From: Fimbriimonadales bacterium
GTDB lineage: Bacteria; Armatimonadota; Fimbriimonadia; Fimbriimonadales; JABRVX01
Length of the DNA stretch: 10,294 bases
Direction: 5' to 3'
Assembly: GCA_045862955.1 (NCBI GenBank)
Contig: BTVI01000069.1
Span: forward strand, 1 to 10,294
Position numbers and translations under genes: made by a program. Positions within the stretch are counted from its first letter, which is position 1, and every line of letters begins with the position of its first letter. The notes below the pieces were generated by a model. It ran no database searches. It saw nothing but the letters and a program-made list of their open reading frames with translations, and had not been told where the DNA came from. Of the stretch, positions 6,136 to 10,294 are shown one piece after another.

Positions 6136-7197
6136 ATGCGTTTTGGCAGACAGAACCCTCGTAGGGGGGTGCCGCTCTTCATTTTTGGTGTTGCGGCGCT
6201 GCTCGTGCTCGTGGTCTTAGCATCTGCACCAGCGTCGTCCGCGCAACAGGACTCTGAGAAGCGGGTGTCCGCCACAGAAGAGGCAGCGCGTAAGAAGGCG
6301 TTGGAGCAGGACCGCCCCGGACCCGATGCCGAACCGCTCGGGAGCGAAGCGTGCGAGATGTGCCACGAGGAAGTCGTGAAGGTGTTCAACGCCTCCCGAC
6401 ACACCATCCACCTTCGTAAGGTGCTGAAGGAAGCCAACCAGGCCTGCGAATACTGCCACGGGCCAGGCAGCGAGCACGTGGACTCTGGTGACGGGACCAA
6501 GATACTGCGCTTCCCACCGCGCTCGTCGGTCACCGTGAAGCGAGCAGCCGAGATCTGCATCAAGTGCCACGCCACCACCCACGACAGCCCGCACTGGCGC
6601 ACCAACGTGCACGCAGCGGCCGATGTTGGCTGCGTCGACTGCCATAGGTTCCACGGCTCGGACGACGACCCGTTCATGCTACAGAAGCCCATTGTCAAAG
6701 TCTCGAACCTCGCGGGCTTCCGCTACGACGCCAAGCACCCAACCACCAGCCAGGCAATCAACGGCGCCTGCCTGAACTGCCACGCCGCACAGGCTGCCCA
6801 AGCGAGGCTTCGATCCCACCATCCCATGCTGGAAGATCGCGTGAGCTGCACCGATTGCCATGAAGTTCACCGCAGCACGAACCCCGCCTTGATGCCGGTC
6901 AACAAGAGCATGTCCGCGGTGTGCACCAAATGCCACACCAACATCCGCGGCCCGTTCGTCTATGAGCACGAACCGACTCGGACGGGTGGCCTCGGCGAGA
7001 GCTGTCTCACCTGCCATCAACCGCACGGCTCGCCGAACCAAAAGCTGCTGGTGACGAACGGACGCGGCGTGTGCATCCAGTGCCACACGGATATCAACGC
7101 GGACGAGGCTCATCGAGGTCGGCCGGGCAGTTGCTGGCGCTCGGGCTGCCACTCGGACATCCACGGCTCCAACAAGAGCCAGTTGTTCTTCCGCTAG
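6136..7197 (+). CDS. DmsE/MtrA/PioA-family periplasmic decaheme c-type cytochrome (353 aa)
   Basis: RBS AAGGAGG at 6124-6130 and a signal peptide. Heme motifs CEMCH, CEYCH, CIKCH, CVDCH, CLNCH, CTDCH, CTKCH, CLTCH, CIQCH plus CWRSGCH. Family signatures CHGPGSEH, SHHP, RGPFVYEHEP, CHQPHGS and CHSDIHGSN. Confidence 0.92.
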   Translation: MRFGRQNPRRGVPLFIFGVAALLVLVVLASAPASSAQQDSEKRVSATEEAARKKALEQDRPGPDAEPLGSEACEMCHEEVVKVFNASRHTIHLRKVLKEANQACEYCHGPGSEHVDSGDGTKILRFPPRSSVTVKRAAEICIKCHATTHDSPHWRTNVHAAADVGCVDCHRFHGSDDDPFMLQKPIVKVSNLAGFRYDAKHPTTSQAINGACLNCHAAQAAQARLRSHHPMLEDRVSCTDCHEVHRSTNPALMPVNKSMSAVCTKCHTNIRGPFVYEHEPTRTGGLGESCLTCHQPHGSPNQKLLVTNGRGVCIQCHTDINADEAHRGRPGSCWRSGCHSDIHGSNKSQLFFR

Positions 7198-7205
7198 GGG
7201 TGAGG

Positions 7206-8945
7206 ATGATGAAGAACGCGAAATGCATGACAGGAGCTGCGGTGCTCACAGCGTTGTTCGTGAACGTTCTCGCCTCGTATGGTCAGGGGGGCGGTGGCGG
7301 TACCGAGGCAACCGGTGAGCAGGAGCGCACCGAGGACAGGCGGGCAATCGGCATCGAGCCCATCCACGTCGAGGTGGTTCCCGCGTTCAGTTCGGTGGAG
7401 TGGAATGGCAACGAGACGAGGCTGTTCCAGTATCGCTCGCTGGCAGAAGGCTTCTACGGAGATATGGTCTTCTTGGCCCTGCGCGACGCTCGCTCCCTGC
7501 GTTCCCTTGGCAGGGGGTACTGGCGCGACTTGGGAGAGCGAGACCAAGCGGGCTTTGTGGAGCTGATCCCGACAACCGAGAGCCACTCGCTGCGCTTCTG
7601 GGCGGACCGGTTCGCCTACTTCCCGGACGCCACACTCGATCTAAGCGACTCCTCCAGGGCTTCCTCTCGGCGCATCTGGCTGCACCTCGCCGGCCTAGGG
7701 GTGGCACCCAGCTTCGATCTGAAGGCGGCCGACCGTGAGTGGGAAGTACGCGACATCGTCCGGCAGAGGCCGGACAGCGGCTACGACTTTCGCACTCTCA
7801 GCTATGACGCCCTACTTAGCTGGCCTTTGTTGCGTGGAGACGTCAAGGTCGGTTGGTACTCCGAGGGTCTGAACGACCGACTGGGAGAGGTCCCGAACGG
7901 GTGGCTGCGGGAGATGACGATCAGCAGCACTCAGTCGCCCGCGCCGAACGTCGGTGCCTCGGTTGCGTACACCGACGTGAGGACGGACCACGAAGGACTG
8001 GGACGAAGCACCGCACAGATATGGCGCTTCGATGCCGGCTGGGCGGCGGCAGCCGACCTGCTCTTCCGAGCCGAGGCGCAGTTCGACACGGTGGATATTC
8101 CTTTCACCCTAAGCCGATATGCGCAGAAGACGAGCCGCGGGGGCGCGGAGGTCTCGTGGCGGCCAAGCCGGGCGGTGTATGTGAATGCAGGCTACACACG
8201 CCACGGCTGGCGACGCGAGATGAAAGGGAGCAACGTGGTTCAGCGTCCCGCCTCCGATGATGCGCATATCTCCGTACGCTTACGAACCGATGCGCTGGGA
8301 CAGTTCCGCCTGCGGTATCGCAACCGCAACCTGATCAACGCTCCCGACTCGGACATACTCCTATCCGATACGACGGCCACGCTGTACTATGACCGTACAC
8401 AGACGTTCATCGGGAGCTGGTCGCGCTCGTTCGGCTACCTCACGAGCTTGTACGCGTCTTATCAGTGGGCAGAGCGACGCAACAATGCTCGAGACTATAC
8501 GCTCCGGTTCAACTCGGTCAACGCGGGAATCAGCACTCAGTTTCTGCCGAACCTGGCGGGTTTCGTAGACTTCCTGTGGGAAGACTGGGGCAGCAACGTC
8601 AGCGGAGAGGATCCGCTCAACACGGGAGAAGACGGAGTGATCGGCGTCGGTTCGGCGGTGCGGCCGTGGTACAGCCAGGGTCAAGTGTGGACCGTCGGAG
8701 CCAACCTGGACCTGACCGAACGAAGCAGTCTGGACGGAACCTTGACCCACTACCTCAGTCGTGGCGGGGAGCGAAACGTTGCCACCTATGTGGGCCTCGA
8801 GTACCGGCAGGAGTTCTTCCGTGACTTCACGCTCGGTCTGGGCTTCCAGCGGCTGGTCTCGTCCGACAGACTGGTAGGCGATTTCGGATACGACGCGAAC
8901 GTTTTTTCTATCACGCTCAAGGGCACGTTCACGAGCGGGCAGTGA
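7206..8945 (+). CDS. MtrB/PioB-like outer-membrane beta-barrel porin associated with the decaheme cytochrome (~579 aa)
   Basis: Starts 8 nt after the decaheme stop (ATG 7206 or 7209). Signal peptide, followed by a GNETRLFQYRSLAEG segment resembling the MtrB-family N-terminal 'F.eYr' motif. Amphipathic beta-strands rich in Y/W/F/R/D, ending in GYDANVFSITLKGTF. Assignment rests mainly on synteny and composition. Confidence 0.75.
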   Translation: MMKNAKCMTGAAVLTALFVNVLASYGQGGGGGTEATGEQERTEDRRAIGIEPIHVEVVPAFSSVEWNGNETRLFQYRSLAEGFYGDMVFLALRDARSLRSLGRGYWRDLGERDQAGFVELIPTTESHSLRFWADRFAYFPDATLDLSDSSRASSRRIWLHLAGLGVAPSFDLKAADREWEVRDIVRQRPDSGYDFRTLSYDALLSWPLLRGDVKVGWYSEGLNDRLGEVPNGWLREMTISSTQSPAPNVGASVAYTDVRTDHEGLGRSTAQIWRFDAGWAAAADLLFRAEAQFDTVDIPFTLSRYAQKTSRGGAEVSWRPSRAVYVNAGYTRHGWRREMKGSNVVQRPASDDAHISVRLRTDALGQFRLRYRNRNLINAPDSDILLSDTTATLYYDRTQTFIGSWSRSFGYLTSLYASYQWAERRNNARDYTLRFNSVNAGISTQFLPNLAGFVDFLWEDWGSNVSGEDPLNTGEDGVIGVGSAVRPWYSQGQVWTVGANLDLTERSSLDGTLTHYLSRGGERNVATYVGLEYRQEFFRDFTLGLGFQRLVSSDRLVGDFGYDANVFSITLKGTFTSGQ

Positions 8946-8979
8946 TGCCGGCCGCTGGGCGCAATTGGGAGGTCGAGAA

Positions 8980-10182
8980 GTGATACGAGGCAAGCAGAGA
9001 TTGGGTATGGCCACAGCTCTTGTACTTTCTAGCACGCTGGGCCTGGTCACGCTGTTCGTTGCCGCTGGCTGTTCGGTCAGCGACCTGGTGTCGGGGTCTA
9101 CCGACGACGCTCCTCCTGGGTCTATCGTGTGGAACGATCCGTCGCCGATACCGTCTCGGAACGTTCCCGACGATGCGACCTACGTTGGCGTCGAGGTGTG
9201 TGCAGCCTGCCATGGTCGCTCGGCCCCGGGTCACCCGGAGGGCATCTATGCCGAGTGGAAGCAGATGGCCCATGCCAAGGATCCCACCAAGCTGGGTGGC
9301 TCTGGAACCATCGACATCTTCACGCGCTTCATCTCGGACGGGTTGGTGCCCAACACGCCATGTGCGATCTGCCACGTAACAGGGGCGCCGGACACCCCCA
9401 ACAATCCCGGATCGGACCGGGGTGGCTTCGACACCAACAAGGATGCACGGAGTGCGCACAACCTGAAGTTTTGGAGCGTTCAGTGCGAGGCGTGCCATGG
9501 TCCCGGGTCGGCTCACGTGGCGAGCGGTGGCAACCGCAACCTGATCAACCGCATCCCGGACTCGAAGGAGACGTGCTGGAAGTGTCACACCGGGTTGCCC
9601 AACACCAAGGGCGTCACGCCAGAGGGCCCGGCAACGGATGACCTAATCGCTCTCTTCAGCTCTTCTCTGGCGCGCGGGCACAATGCGGGGATCATGATTG
9701 CTGGTGCAGGGGGCTACGAGTATCCGGGTGTCGAGTACAAGCACTCCCCGCACACCCGAATCGCCAACACCTGCCAGACCTGCCATGCTCTTGCGACAGG
9801 CAGCAGCCGAAGGTGGAACCACACCTCGACGCTCCCGAAGAAGGAAGTGTGCGCGAAGTGTCATGGCGGCGCGAACAACGCGGCAGACATCGAGCACGTG
9901 GTAGTCAACTCCAGTGGCGAGACAGTGGAAGATATCCAGGAGCACATCGCCGACCTGCTAATCCAACTCGGGGGCTCCACGTCCTCTGGTGCGCCGGACA
10001 ATAACGCGAACGGTGGTGCGCTTCGTGCGTACCGAGATACCTATGGACAGGACGCGAAGTACCGAAGGGCGCGATGGAACTACTCGCTGGTCATCAATGA
10101 CGGAAGTCTCGGCGTACACAACTACGATTATGCCAAGCAGCTGCTCTTGAGCTCGCTGGCTGACCTGGCAGCCGGTCCATAG
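8980..10182 (+). CDS. Hexaheme c-type cytochrome lipoprotein (400 aa)
   Basis: GTG at 8980 with GGAGGT 6 nt upstream. Lipoprotein signal ending VAAG|C (Cys codon 9070-9072). Six CxxCH motifs: CAACH, CAICH, CEACH, CWKCH, CQTCH, CAKCH. N-terminal YVGxxxCxxCH..W...H of c554/c552-like type, and C-terminal ARWNYSLVINDGSLGVHNYDYAKQLL. Confidence 0.88.
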   Translation: MIRGKQRLGMATALVLSSTLGLVTLFVAAGCSVSDLVSGSTDDAPPGSIVWNDPSPIPSRNVPDDATYVGVEVCAACHGRSAPGHPEGIYAEWKQMAHAKDPTKLGGSGTIDIFTRFISDGLVPNTPCAICHVTGAPDTPNNPGSDRGGFDTNKDARSAHNLKFWSVQCEACHGPGSAHVASGGNRNLINRIPDSKETCWKCHTGLPNTKGVTPEGPATDDLIALFSSSLARGHNAGIMIAGAGGYEYPGVEYKHSPHTRIANTCQTCHALATGSSRRWNHTSTLPKKEVCAKCHGGANNAADIEHVVVNSSGETVEDIQEHIADLLIQLGGSTSSGAPDNNANGGALRAYRDTYGQDAKYRRARWNYSLVINDGSLGVHNYDYAKQLLLSSLADLAAGP

Positions 10183-10193
10183 TTGCAGTAGCA

Positions 10194-10214
10194 TGACGCC
10201 GATGGACGGCGTCA
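10194..10214 (+). terminator. Stem-loop after the hexaheme gene (possible terminator or mRNA-stabilising hairpin)
   Basis: TGACGCCG-ATGGA-CGGCGTCA, an 8-bp perfect stem 11 nt after the stop. It lacks a U-tract. Confidence 0.4.
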
Positions 10215-10294
10215 ACGCTTCCGGCGCCGGGGGGCCCCCGCGGGCGGGGCCCCCCCCACCCCCACAAAACCGCCCCGGGGGGGAAGGGAAAAAA

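Noticed and set aside
7071..7205. Longer N-terminus for the porin given in the ORF track
   Set aside because: It overlaps the decaheme 3' end by 127 nt. The signal peptide begins at ATG 7206/7209.
8980..10182. Calling the third gene mtrC/omcA or nrfA
   Set aside because: It has six hemes and 400 aa, unlike the larger decaheme MtrC, and it lacks the CxxCK catalytic motif of canonical pentaheme NrfA.
10222..10294. G/C homopolymer-rich tail with apparent hairpins or G-quadruplex potential
   Set aside because: The abrupt switch to homopolymer runs at the extreme end of the window is typical of low-quality read or contig-end sequence, so it is not trusted as biological.
1..10294. CRISPR array, integrase, transposase or rRNA
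   Set aside because: No regularly spaced direct repeats, recombinase motifs or rRNA-like sequence were seen by eye.

Overview
GC-rich bacterial window, tentatively Armatimonadota/Fimbriimonadales-like; this is an inference from the terminal dockerin-like C-terminus and the general gene types. The left two-thirds carries envelope and hypothetical genes: the 3' end of a dockerin/EF-hand-tailed protein, a membrane-anchored transglutaminase-like protein, a predicted outer-membrane beta-barrel, a small 4-Cys protein, an LmeA/DUF2993-like protein, tRNA-Arg(UCU), a DUF192 lipoprotein and an exported YD-repeat-like protein. The right third (6136-10182) is the highlight. It is a three-gene putative porin-cytochrome extracellular electron transfer operon encoding a DmsE/MtrA-type decaheme cytochrome (9 CxxCH plus one atypical CX4CH), an MtrB/PioB-like beta-barrel, and a hexaheme lipoprotein that is not MtrC-like and ends in an NrfA/OmcB-like helical motif. 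A good sigma70-type promoter precedes the operon, and its -35 lies inside a perfect TTGCAG-N2-CTGCAA palindrome. The last ~70 nt look like low-quality contig-end sequence.
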